A stretch of 64,000 nt of DNA from NCBI GenBank assembly GCA_002441585.1, contig DJWS01000008.1, forward strand, positions 34,054-98,053, written 5' to 3'. The notes beneath the pieces are model-generated. The model saw only the letters and a program-made list of their open reading frames with translations. It made no database searches and had not been told where the DNA came from. The position numbers were made by a program, and so were the translations under genes. Positions within the stretch are counted from its first letter, which is position 1. Every line of letters begins with the position of its first letter. The DNA is from Candidatus Saccharibacteria bacterium UBA6224 (GTDB lineage Bacteria; Patescibacteriota; Saccharimonadia; Saccharimonadales; UBA4665). Shown one piece after another: positions 25,652 through 37,087 of this stretch.

Positions 25652-26791
25652 ATGTCTACGCACCGGGTGTATCTAGATCATGCGGCCGCGACACCCGTCG
25701 CGCCGGAAGTGCTAGCAGCCATGCAGCCATTTTTTGGCGAGCTTTTTTATAATCCTTCAGCGACTTACCAAGCGGCTCGATCGGTCGCTCGAACTCTGCA
25801 AGACGCCCGAGCTCGAGTGGCCGCTATCCTAGGCTCGCGAGCTAACGAGGTCGTTTTTACGGCCGGTGGCAGCGAAGCTAACAATTTGGCCGTCCATGGC
25901 GCCATGCGCCCGTTATCTGGTAAGAACGTGGTGGTCAGCGCCATTGAACATGACTCCGTCTTGGAGGCGGCCAGACGATACGATGTCCGTGTCGTGCCCG
26001 TGGACAAGCGTGGCATCGTCGACCTGGCTGCCCTTGATAAGCTAATCGATGACGACACGGCGCTGGTGAGCATCATGTACGCCAACAACGAGATCGGCAC
26101 TATCCAGCCAATACGTGATATCTCACAAATAATCCAGCGCAAACGTTCGGAGCGGAGCAAGGGTGGCCTGCCACTCCTGTTTCATACCGACGCCGCCCAA
26201 GCCAGCAATTATTTGGATTTGCATGTTGCTCGTCTGGGCGTTGATATGATGACTCTCAATGGCGGAAAGATTTATGGTCCAAAGCAGAGTGGCTGCTTGT
26301 TCGTGAAGGCCGGGGTCATCTTACAACCGATTGTCGACGGTGGCGGCCAAGAGATGGGGCTTAGGAGCGGCACGGAGAATGTCGCAGCGGCTGTCGGATT
26401 TGCCGAGGCCTTGGAGCTTGCCGTAACGATACGCCACGATGAAGTAGAGCGTCTGCAAGGCCTGCAGCGACGATTGATTGACGGAACCCTTAGGGCATAC
26501 CCGTCCGCCAGGCTCAACGGCACACGCAACAAGCGATTGCCGAACAATGTCCACGTGACATTTCCCGGTATCGATAACGAACGCTTGCTAATACAACTTG
26601 ATGAGCTAGGGATTATGGCCGCCGCCGGTTCGGCCTGCAGTGCCAGCGACGATGAGCCGTCTCATGTATTGGGCGCTCTCGGGCTTAGTGATGAGCAAGC
26701 GCGCAGTTCCGTCCGCATGACGCTTGGTCGAACGACGACCGAGCAGGATGTTGACTACGTCATGACAGTGCTCGCCAAATTGCTCGCCTAG
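25652..26791 (+). CDS. cysteine desulfurase (NifS/IscS class V aminotransferase)
   Basis: YLDHAAATP, HTDAAQ, the PLP Lys region LNGGKIYGPK, SGTENV, and the active-site loop AAGSACSA. Confidence 0.88.
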   Translation: MSTHRVYLDHAAATPVAPEVLAAMQPFFGELFYNPSATYQAARSVARTLQDARARVAAILGSRANEVVFTAGGSEANNLAVHGAMRPLSGKNVVVSAIEHDSVLEAARRYDVRVVPVDKRGIVDLAALDKLIDDDTALVSIMYANNEIGTIQPIRDISQIIQRKRSERSKGGLPLLFHTDAAQASNYLDLHVARLGVDMMTLNGGKIYGPKQSGCLFVKAGVILQPIVDGGGQEMGLRSGTENVAAAVGFAEALELAVTIRHDEVERLQGLQRRLIDGTLRAYPSARLNGTRNKRLPNNVHVTFPGIDNERLLIQLDELGIMAAAGSACSASDDEPSHVLGALGLSDEQARSSVRMTLGRTTTEQDVDYVMTVLAKLLA

Positions 26792-26832
26792 AGCGATACA
26801 GCCTCAAATATTCGTGTATACTCGTAATCAAG

Positions 26833-27684
26833 ATGCTCACGCTTATTCGTCATAGCCTCCGCATTCTCGCTCTTGCCGCGCTGGTGGGCTTGTCGATGGT
26901 CGGCCTTGTCGGGGCTGCCAACTCGAGCACGCGGGCACCAGTAACTCAAAGTTATGGCACTGATGATACTTTGCAAAAGGGTATGCTGGTCCGAATCAAC
27001 GCCAAGGACAGCGCCAAGGTCAGCATCCTTAAGCAGGATGAGAGCGACAAGATGCACGGTGTCGTCGTGTCTGCCAACGATGCGGCACTATCGCTCACCG
27101 GCAATCCAGACAAGCGGCAGGTTTATGTGGCGACATTCGGCAAGTACAACGTTCTTGTCAGTACTCAGAATGGCCCCATCAAAATCGGCGACCTGATCAG
27201 CATATCGACCCTGAACGGCATTGGCATGAAAGCTGACGGTGAGGAAAAGATGGTCCTTGGCAAGGCGCTGACCGCTTTTGACGGATCGGATGCTGAAGGC
27301 ACGGCTAGTCTTACCGACGGAGAAGGTAAAAAGAGTACGGTCTCGCTAGGACGTATCAGCGTTCAGGTATCGGTCCAGAGTAACCCTTTGCAATCTGCTG
27401 GGCTGCCGAGTGCCTTGACCCAATTTTTGAGCGATATCGGTTACTCGGTAACCAAGAAAAACGTCAGCGTCGCGCGCCTCTACTTGGCGACTCTGATATT
27501 GCTGGTGGCCTCTATCGTATCTGGCGTCATGCTCTTCAGTGCCGTGCGCAGCACCCTGGTATCCATTGGTCGTAATCCGCTGGCCAAGCAGGCTATCGTG
27601 CGCAGCATGTTCCAAGTGGTCATCACAAGCTTGATTATTTTCATTATTGGCGTCTTTGGAGTATATTTACTACTAAAGCTTTAG
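26833..27684 (+). CDS. secreted-domain protein with C-terminal F-type c-subunit-like hairpin lacking the carboxylate
   Basis: Signal peptide, ~180-aa beta-rich domain, then two TM helices joined by SIGRNPLAKQ. Lies in the atpE syntenic position upstream of atpF. Confidence 0.6.
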   Translation: MLTLIRHSLRILALAALVGLSMVGLVGAANSSTRAPVTQSYGTDDTLQKGMLVRINAKDSAKVSILKQDESDKMHGVVVSANDAALSLTGNPDKRQVYVATFGKYNVLVSTQNGPIKIGDLISISTLNGIGMKADGEEKMVLGKALTAFDGSDAEGTASLTDGEGKKSTVSLGRISVQVSVQSNPLQSAGLPSALTQFLSDIGYSVTKKNVSVARLYLATLILLVASIVSGVMLFSAVRSTLVSIGRNPLAKQAIVRSMFQVVITSLIIFIIGVFGVYLLLKL

Positions 27685-27817
27685 CTTTTTGAACCTTCCG
27701 ATGCGTGCAGATTTCAGGTGTATCGTGGCCCAAGCCTACCAATACCCTGATTTTTGAATGGCTCATGAGAGGGTATTCGTGTAGTAAAGCGATTGAAAAT
27801 ATGGTGGGAATACAAAT

Positions 27818-28441
27818 ATGACAATCTGGTGGCTCGTTCTTATACTGGCGTTCATCGGCGCGACAGGGATTGGTTTTATCTGGATTGCAGTGTCACTCGG
27901 TCGCGTCCAGGGTGGCGGCAAACGTAGTCTCGGACAGTCTATAGAGGAGGCCGCCGAGGATGATGTCGAGCATATCTTCAACGACGAATTCCGTGAGGAG
28001 CTACGCAACCGCGGGCGTTTACACTTCGAGAAAATCATCGGCGAGAATGCCATGTTCCTGCAGCAGGACCTCAGGCTGACAACCAGTCAGCTTAACGAGT
28101 ACATGAAGGCAGAGATTACCCAGAAGCTCAAGGAAGAATTCGCCAAATACGAAGAATCCATCATGGACGCCAAGCAATTGGCCATCGAAGCCATCGAGAA
28201 GACCAACACCGCCATCGATGAGCAGCGCAAGGCGCTCGGTGAAGAGCTACAGCGCGAGGTTTCCGAACAAAAGATCCATCTCATCAAACACTTCGAAGAC
28301 AACATGGCTGACGTTATTAATCACTATGTCTTGGCCGCCATCGGTAACCAAATCGACCTGACCGACCAGCTGGAATACATCCTGACGGAGCTGGAGGCGA
28401 ACAAGGCGGCCATCGTCGAGGATATCAGCAATGGTGCCTGA
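27818..28441 (+). CDS. atpF: ATP synthase subunit b-like (single TM + long coiled coil)
   Basis: N-terminal helix WWLVLILAFIGATGIGFIWIAV followed by a charged helical region. Position in the operon fits. Confidence 0.65.
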   Translation: MTIWWLVLILAFIGATGIGFIWIAVSLGRVQGGGKRSLGQSIEEAAEDDVEHIFNDEFREELRNRGRLHFEKIIGENAMFLQQDLRLTTSQLNEYMKAEITQKLKEEFAKYEESIMDAKQLAIEAIEKTNTAIDEQRKALGEELQREVSEQKIHLIKHFEDNMADVINHYVLAAIGNQIDLTDQLEYILTELEANKAAIVEDISNGA

Positions 28442-28934
28442 GCAGCGGCCGGGTTTAGTGCTACCGCCGTTAGTCGTCGGCGTCGCTGATATCATGCGGC
28501 TTAGGCGCGAGCTTGATGCTTTGTATGAATACTTGCACCAAGCGGCCCTGCGCGAGATTCCGGCCGATCAGCTGAAGTTACCCAAGACCAGTCGCATACT
28601 CGACGAGCTGGCATTGGCCAACAAGATCAATCTGCTCGATCGCGACCAGTTCGAACGCGTAGCGACAGAATTGGAGCGTATCCAGGACACGGCGCCCCAG
28701 ATACACATATCATTCTCGACCGACCCGTCCTCGGCTTTCGTGGGTAAGATTGTCGATTGGCTACGTCAAAACGTCCACCCTGGTTTATTGATACAGATCG
28801 GGCTGCAGCCGACGTTGGCGGCCGGTTGTCTGGTCCGGACCACCAACAAACAATTTGATTTAAGTTTGAAACAGCACTTCAAGGCGGCCCGGCCGATGCT
28901 GGTCAAGAAACTGCAGGAAGGTTTGCCGGCATGA
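28431..28934 (+). CDS. atpH: ATP synthase delta/OSCP-like subunit (divergent)
   Basis: The C-terminal pattern [28 protein letters not shown] parallels delta (..liGG..v.vgd...D.S....l). Overlaps both the b and alpha genes. Confidence 0.5.
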   Translation: MVPEQRPGLVLPPLVVGVADIMRLRRELDALYEYLHQAALREIPADQLKLPKTSRILDELALANKINLLDRDQFERVATELERIQDTAPQIHISFSTDPSSAFVGKIVDWLRQNVHPGLLIQIGLQPTLAAGCLVRTTNKQFDLSLKQHFKAARPMLVKKLQEGLPA

Positions 28935-30702
28935 GTGCCGATAATCGACACTACGAACGCCTGGTTGCTGCCGGTAAGCCCGTCGGCGAGGTTGTTGCCG
29001 TCGATCGCTTCCTGATTCGCGTCCGCGGCTTGCACCCGGTCAATACCCATGCACTTGTCATGTTCGCCGATGGCACCAAGGGTCTTGTCCATCACGTGCT
29101 GGAGGATTACGTAATCGTTCTTCATTTGGGCACAAGCAATATCGTGCCTGGCATGACCGTCGTTCAGCAGCACGATGAACTGGTTAGCAAGGTCGGCAAG
29201 GATTTCATCGGTCGAGTCATATCGGTCAACGGCGAGCCACTTGACGGTGGCGAGCCTATCGGTGCTGATGCCGTCGCGCCGGTCTTCCACAATGCTCCTA
29301 AGTTGTTCGAGCGCCAGGCGCTAGATACCCAGCTTGAGACAGGCATCATGATATTGGACGAGCTTTTCCCGCTGGTCCGGGGTCAGCGCATGGCTATCTT
29401 GGGCGACAGCAAGGCCGGTAAGACTACCATGGCGCTGCAACTGGCGCTAAACCAGAAGAACACCGACGTCATCAGCGTGTATGTCCTGATTGCCAAGCGC
29501 CGCAGTGATGTCGACGCCCTTATTAGCCGCCTCCAAGCCAACAATGCCCTAGAATCGGCCATCGTCATCGTCTCGACAGCCTTCGAATCGTTGGTCATGA
29601 GTTATCTGGCGCCTTATGTCGGCTGTGCCATCGCCGAATATCTCTGGCAGCAGTGCGACCGTGATGTCTTGATCGTCTACGACGACCTGACCAGTCATGC
29701 CCAGGCATATCGAGAAATCTCGCTATTGGCTGGAACCAGCCCGGGTCGCGACAGCTACCCTGGTGATATGTTTTATTCGCACTCCTCACTACTGGAGCGT
29801 GCCGGACGAATTTCACGCAACCAAAAAACACTTACCGCCCTGCCAATCGTGCTGGCCAACGACGGTGATATAACCGCTTTCTTGCCGACCAACGTCATGT
29901 CTATTACTGACGGTCAGTGGATATTGGACATGGCTATCTTCAAGGATACTATGCGCCCGGCCGTCAGCGCTGGACTGAGTGTTACTCGTATTGGTGGTGT
30001 CGGCCAGAACGACAAACAAAAGGAACTGGCCGCCCAAACTATCAAGGTGCTCAATGCTTACCGCCAGGCCCAGGAATATTCCCGCTTCGGTTCCGAGTTG
30101 TCCGATGAGGCCAAGCGTACGCTGCACATCGGTGCCCAGCTGTACAAGTTGATGAACCAAGCCCCCGACGAGACATACTCCATCCTACAACAGACGGCGA
30201 TGTTCGATATCGTACTTAATGAGAGTGGCGACCAGGTGATAGACGTGCCAGTTATGAAAGAAGAGGCCAAGAAACTGCTCAAAGAGGGCAAGTACACCGA
30301 TCACGATTCATTCACCGAGGCGCTGCGCAAGGTCTGTCACATTGCCCCACCGACGCCCGCAGAGTCGATTGATGAAGGGGTAGCCGAGGCTCCAAAATCT
30401 GCCGAACCCGACTCGTCTTCTAGCGCCAAGGGTGATACCAAGACCGATGCAGCCGATAAGTCAAAGGACGAAGCCGGAAATGCTGACAAATCAGAAGAGC
30501 CGGAGCAATCCAAGCCTGAAGATGCCAAATCTGATGAAAGCCAAGGAGCATCGGGTACCATGCTTCCAACGCCACCCGGTCAAGAAGTGCATCCGGACAA
30601 ACCGGATGCCCCAGCATCGACCGAATCCAACGAAGCTGAAGACGCTACTCACGAGGACCATGACAAAGAGTCAGCCGATAAGCAGCACGAGGAAGCCCAC
30701 CG

Positions 30703-30706
<4 letters not shown>
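28931..30706 (+). CDS. atpA: ATP synthase alpha subunit with ~110-aa acidic C-terminal extension
   Basis: [53 protein letters not shown]. The tail is rich in D/E/K/S/P. Confidence 0.88.
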
Positions 30707-32867
<2,161 letters not shown>

Positions 32868-32874
32868 GGCGGCC

Positions 32875-33204
32875 ATGGTAAAACGAACCGACGCCAGTAC
32901 CGGCAAGATCATCGATGACGGCAAGACCGTCGAGGATCCCAGCGTAGATGAGAATGGGCGCAAGCTCCTCAAGGTCAAGGTTTATTCGCCGTTCCACCTA
33001 TATTTCGATGGACCGGCTTATAGCATTACTGGCGTCAACCGAACCGGTGAGTTCGATGTTCTGCCGCAGCACCACAATTTCATAACTCTGCTCGAACCGT
33101 GCGAATTACGTATCGAAACTCAGCGCGAAACCGAGCCGATAAAAATCTCTGGCGGAGTCATGCATGTGCGTGGCGATAGCGTGGTCGTCTTTTTGGACGT
33201 CTAG
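32875..33204 (+). CDS. atpC: ATP synthase epsilon subunit (beta-sandwich only, no C-terminal helices)
   Basis: LKVKVYSP...GEFDVLPQHHNFITLLEPCELRI...ISGGVMHV matches the epsilon N-domain pattern. Confidence 0.7.
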   Translation: MVKRTDASTGKIIDDGKTVEDPSVDENGRKLLKVKVYSPFHLYFDGPAYSITGVNRTGEFDVLPQHHNFITLLEPCELRIETQRETEPIKISGGVMHVRGDSVVVFLDV

Positions 33205-33210
33205 CCTGGC

Positions 33211-34203
33211 CTATCCCAGGACGATGTAGTCAAAACCGAATGAACTGCTGGCGGGTGCGGCATTGGTCGTACAAACACTAAAGCTGCTGCTTGTCCGGTT
33301 GACGTAATAACCCAAGGATCCAGCTGCCGAACCGATAGGCGTGACAACGACGTGGGGCGTGCTGCTGAAGGCGCTAGAAAAGTTCACGGTGATGAAACAG
33401 CCAGCTCCAGGGCTGCTGCCGGTGTTAATCTTAATGGAACCGGACGTATCAGACCCGCTGACGGATGTCGTTCCGCCGCCACCAAGTGCCGATCCGCTGC
33501 TGCGCGAAGGTGTTGCGCCGCCGGCCACGATGTGATGTGTCAGAGTCAAGTTACTGCTGAGCTGGAGCGATCCGGTGGTAATCCGGCTGACCGATAGCCC
33601 GCCGTTGAAAGTTGTACTGCCATTGACGCTCAGCGCACCCTGGAGTGTTGTCTGGCCTTGCACGGCCAGGTTATGAGCGACCGATAAATCATTAGAAATA
33701 CTGACGTCCTGCAACACACTCTGCCCGCCGACGTTGATGCCTGTTAGTGACAATTGGTCGCCAACGACCAATCTGCCGGCAACCTCTACGTCACCGCGGA
33801 GTAAGACCGAGCCGTCAAAAATGGCGTTGCTCTGTACGGTCAAAACTTGCTTGCTGTCGCCGACCGAGACATCGCTGTTGGCCAACTGCTTCAGGCTGTC
33901 AGTGGACAGGGATTGGGTTTTGATATCGCCGCTTCTGACGGTGTCTTTCTTGGTATTAAGATAATAAATCCCGCCACCACTACCCGCTAGCACCAGCAAG
34001 AAGATGAATGACAATAAATATATATTGACGTGGGATAACAGCGCGCCGAATCCGCCGCGCTTGAACCGCGCCGCCGGCCGCTCGCTCGGTGCCGCAGGTT
34101 GACTGTCGGTCGAAGAAGTGGAAGCTTGCTGTGGGGCGTCACTGGCTGGCGCTTCGAGCGATTCTTCCTCGTCCGGATTGTTGGGGGTAGGGTTTTGATC
34201 CAT
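33211..34203 (-). CDS. membrane-anchored protein with beta-helix-like repeat region (hypothetical)
   Basis: Acidic/Pro-rich N-terminus, one TM (IYLLSFIFLLVLAG), a repetitive V/L-x-G-x-L/V segment (bactofilin/polymer-like repeats), and a C-terminal Ser/Gly-rich domain. Confidence 0.55.
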   Translation of the reverse strand: MDQNPTPNNPDEEESLEAPASDAPQQASTSSTDSQPAAPSERPAARFKRGGFGALLSHVNIYLLSFIFLLVLAGSGGGIYYLNTKKDTVRSGDIKTQSLSTDSLKQLANSDVSVGDSKQVLTVQSNAIFDGSVLLRGDVEVAGRLVVGDQLSLTGINVGGQSVLQDVSISNDLSVAHNLAVQGQTTLQGALSVNGSTTFNGGLSVSRITTGSLQLSSNLTLTHHIVAGGATPSRSSGSALGGGGTTSVSGSDTSGSIKINTGSSPGAGCFITVNFSSAFSSTPHVVVTPIGSAAGSLGYYVNRTSSSFSVCTTNAAPASSSFGFDYIVLG

Positions 34204-34306
34204 GCTTGACTAATTACTCTTGTGCTTACTGTACATGATACAGCACCCGGGCGCTAAGCGTAAACGGATTGCCATCATTAGCTGTACAGGCTACAATGGC
34301 ACTACA

Positions 34307-35821
34307 ATGTTCCGAACAAAAACGCGAATCAAGAGATGGTTGAGTCTGGCGGCGCTAGCTTGCCTCGTCGCATTGGCGCCGGTCATGAGCGTGAGGGCGG
34401 TTTGCGACCCCAATGCCCAGACTTGCTCGAACAATTATCAAGTGACCGAATCGTTCTTTGGGGCGGGCGGCAGCCAAAACGACACATGCTCTGCCACCTA
34501 TTGCGCCAAGCAATCGGTCGGTGCCCTAGGGGTCGGACACACCGGCAGTTTCAATAGCTACCAGGGGGGTGTACTCGGTGATACGGCACCAGCGGCCTAT
34601 TGGCGCATGGGTGAGCTAACCGGTACGAACATGTTTGATATGACCGGCAACGGCCACAGCGGAACCTACTCGGGCGGATTCACGCTAGGTGCCACCGGCA
34701 TTCCCGCCATATCGGACGACTCAGCGGTTACCTTCAACGGTACTAGCGGCCTGAGCACGGTAGCCTACAACTCTGCCCTCGATTACAACTCCAGTGCCAC
34801 GCAGACGATAGAGCTGTGGTACAAGGGTACTCAAACTAGTTCGACCAATACCAAATCGGCCGTCCCGGGCTTGATTACCGCGAATACAGATGGCAGCAAC
34901 CAAAAATTCGTGGTCGGCTTGCTAACCAGCGGGGCGGTCTCGGTTGGCTACGGTACGGCCTATGCCGGCGTCAATGGTTCTACGGCAGTCAACGACGATG
35001 CTTGGCACCAAATCATCTGCACCATAGATTATTCCGGCGGATCGGCCGATATCGTCTTGTATGTCGATGGCACCGTGGATGCCTCGGGCACGGTCGCCAT
35101 GGACGGCGGTACGGGTTCGCCATCGATTACCATAGCCCAGAACCCGCAGGCCAGCGGTGGCGATGCCTACACGACCGGCACAATCGACGAGGTGGCGATT
35201 TACGGCAAAGTGTTGTCGCCCCAGCAGGTCACCAGTCATTACAAAGCTGGCACCACAGGCATCGGTTATCAGGCACAGGGCGGCTTCAATACCGATCGGT
35301 GGCCTTCACTGGAATTCATAGTGAATACCCCATCGGTCAATGTAGGAATCTTGAGTTCGGCCGAGACTCACGTCGGAACGGCGGAGTTCCAGGTCAAATC
35401 GTACTTGGCGCAGGGCTATCAAGTTCGCACCGAATCGGTAGGGCCGACAAGCGGTGGTCATACTTTCAGCTCCCCAGCCTCGCCAACCGCTAGTGCCGTA
35501 GGCACCGAGCAGTTCGGTATGAACATAGCTGCCAACTCTTGCCCCGGCACCGCACCGGGATCAGGTAGTGGTAGCTGCTCAGGTTCTTTGGGCCAGAGCC
35601 CATCACAAGAACCTGATGCTAGCTTTAGCTATGGTGTCGCAGCTCCCAACTACAACACGCCAGACTTATACAAATACGCCAACGGCGATACGATCGCTCT
35701 GTCCAACAGCAGCTCAGGTACCACGGTCTACACAATTAGCTACATCTTCAATATCACTGCAACTACCCCAGCCGGCACCTATACCATGAACCAAGATCTA
35801 GTCACTACCAGCACCTTCTAG
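34307..35821 (+). CDS. secreted protein: Cys-rich N-terminus, LamG (concanavalin-like) insert, pilin-like C-terminal domain ending ...PAGTYTMNQDLVTTSTF
   Basis: Signal peptide from ATG 34307, with TACAAT 34292-34297 lying 9 nt upstream. LamG pattern AYWRMGE..D.TGNGHSGTY...TIELWYK...DEVAIYGKVLS. Confidence 0.65.
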   Translation: MFRTKTRIKRWLSLAALACLVALAPVMSVRAVCDPNAQTCSNNYQVTESFFGAGGSQNDTCSATYCAKQSVGALGVGHTGSFNSYQGGVLGDTAPAAYWRMGELTGTNMFDMTGNGHSGTYSGGFTLGATGIPAISDDSAVTFNGTSGLSTVAYNSALDYNSSATQTIELWYKGTQTSSTNTKSAVPGLITANTDGSNQKFVVGLLTSGAVSVGYGTAYAGVNGSTAVNDDAWHQIICTIDYSGGSADIVLYVDGTVDASGTVAMDGGTGSPSITIAQNPQASGGDAYTTGTIDEVAIYGKVLSPQQVTSHYKAGTTGIGYQAQGGFNTDRWPSLEFIVNTPSVNVGILSSAETHVGTAEFQVKSYLAQGYQVRTESVGPTSGGHTFSSPASPTASAVGTEQFGMNIAANSCPGTAPGSGSGSCSGSLGQSPSQEPDASFSYGVAAPNYNTPDLYKYANGDTIALSNSSSGTTVYTISYIFNITATTPAGTYTMNQDLVTTSTF

Positions 35822-35940
35822 GCGGCTGTGGATAACTAGGCAGTAATATTGGCACAAAAGTATTGCACACGTAACCACTAGCGTGATATATTCACCTCAG
35901 GAATAACCCAAAACAAATAGTCGTAACAGGAGAAATAGAA

Positions 35941-37071
35941 ATGAAAAACATAAGAAGTGCTTTGCAGCGACCCCTGCATGCCATAGCCGCCCTGGCGTTT
36001 ATGCTGGGTACCGCAGGGGCTGCAGTATTGCCGGGGTTGGCCTCTGCCTACGGCAGCGTGAGTAGCCGTGAAATCAAGATAAGCTCGTCAGTACCCGGCG
36101 CCACCGGCGTTTCATACGCGGTTACGTTTACTCCAACAACGACAGCCCAAGAACTGATTGTCGACTTTTGTGGAGATACACCTCTGATTGGGGCAACTTG
36201 TGCGTTTGCGGGAGCATCTGTCCCGAACGTTGCAAGTGCAGTCGCTTCTACGGGTACACTTACTACACCTGGCACGGGTACGCCCAAGCACACTCTTCGT
36301 GTGACGGGCCTAACCATGACGGCGGCAACTCCATACACTATCACATTCACTGGCATGCAAAACCCGTCGGGTACGCAATCCTTCTACGCACGTATCCTTA
36401 CCTATGCCACGGGAAATTCATCGCAATACGTCCAGGCTGACACCACTGGTGCTGCAACCACTATCGGTGCCAATGTGGTCGATGCTGGCGGTATTGCACT
36501 CAGTACTGCCGCCACTATTAGCGTGACCGCACGCGTCATGGAGTCACTGAGCTTCTGCGTTTACAGTACCGCATGCGGTGACGTTCCAGCCGTCGAGATT
36601 GGTTCTGGCTCGCCTCCGGTCATTGATAGCTTGGCTGTCTATACGAACACCACTACACCGCTTAACTTCAGTCTCTCATCTAACGCCTCAAGTGGCGTAG
36701 TCATACGCCTCAAGGGTGGAATCCTCACAAGTGGTGCTAACAACATACCAGCAGTAAACGCAGGTGGTGGTACGGCAGGTGCTATCACTGCGGGTACGGC
36801 AGCCTTTGGCGTCCAGGTCCCGGCCACTACTGCAGGCGCAGTCGGTCAGGTAGATGCTGACGCCAACTACAGTGCCGCCTCCGGTTACGGTTTCGATACT
36901 ACGTCCGCCGACAACGTAACCACCACGTATGGCGATGTCTTCTGTGACACGAACAGCGCCCCACTAAACACTGCAATCGTGCCTATAACATACGGCGCAA
37001 CTGCAAACATCACCACGCCAGCCGGTGTCTACACTGCAACTCACCAACTGATTGCAACCGGCACGTTCTAA
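35941..37071 (+). CDS. secreted two-domain protein, paralog of 37088-38146; ends ...PAGVYTATHQLIATGTF
   Basis: AGGAG RBS and signal peptide. Shares DFCGDTPLIGATC with its paralog (FCDDTPLVGQPC). Confidence 0.65.
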   Translation: MKNIRSALQRPLHAIAALAFMLGTAGAAVLPGLASAYGSVSSREIKISSSVPGATGVSYAVTFTPTTTAQELIVDFCGDTPLIGATCAFAGASVPNVASAVASTGTLTTPGTGTPKHTLRVTGLTMTAATPYTITFTGMQNPSGTQSFYARILTYATGNSSQYVQADTTGAATTIGANVVDAGGIALSTAATISVTARVMESLSFCVYSTACGDVPAVEIGSGSPPVIDSLAVYTNTTTPLNFSLSSNASSGVVIRLKGGILTSGANNIPAVNAGGGTAGAITAGTAAFGVQVPATTAGAVGQVDADANYSAASGYGFDTTSADNVTTTYGDVFCDTNSAPLNTAIVPITYGATANITTPAGVYTATHQLIATGTF

Positions 37072-37087
37072 CACGTACAATAAGGAT

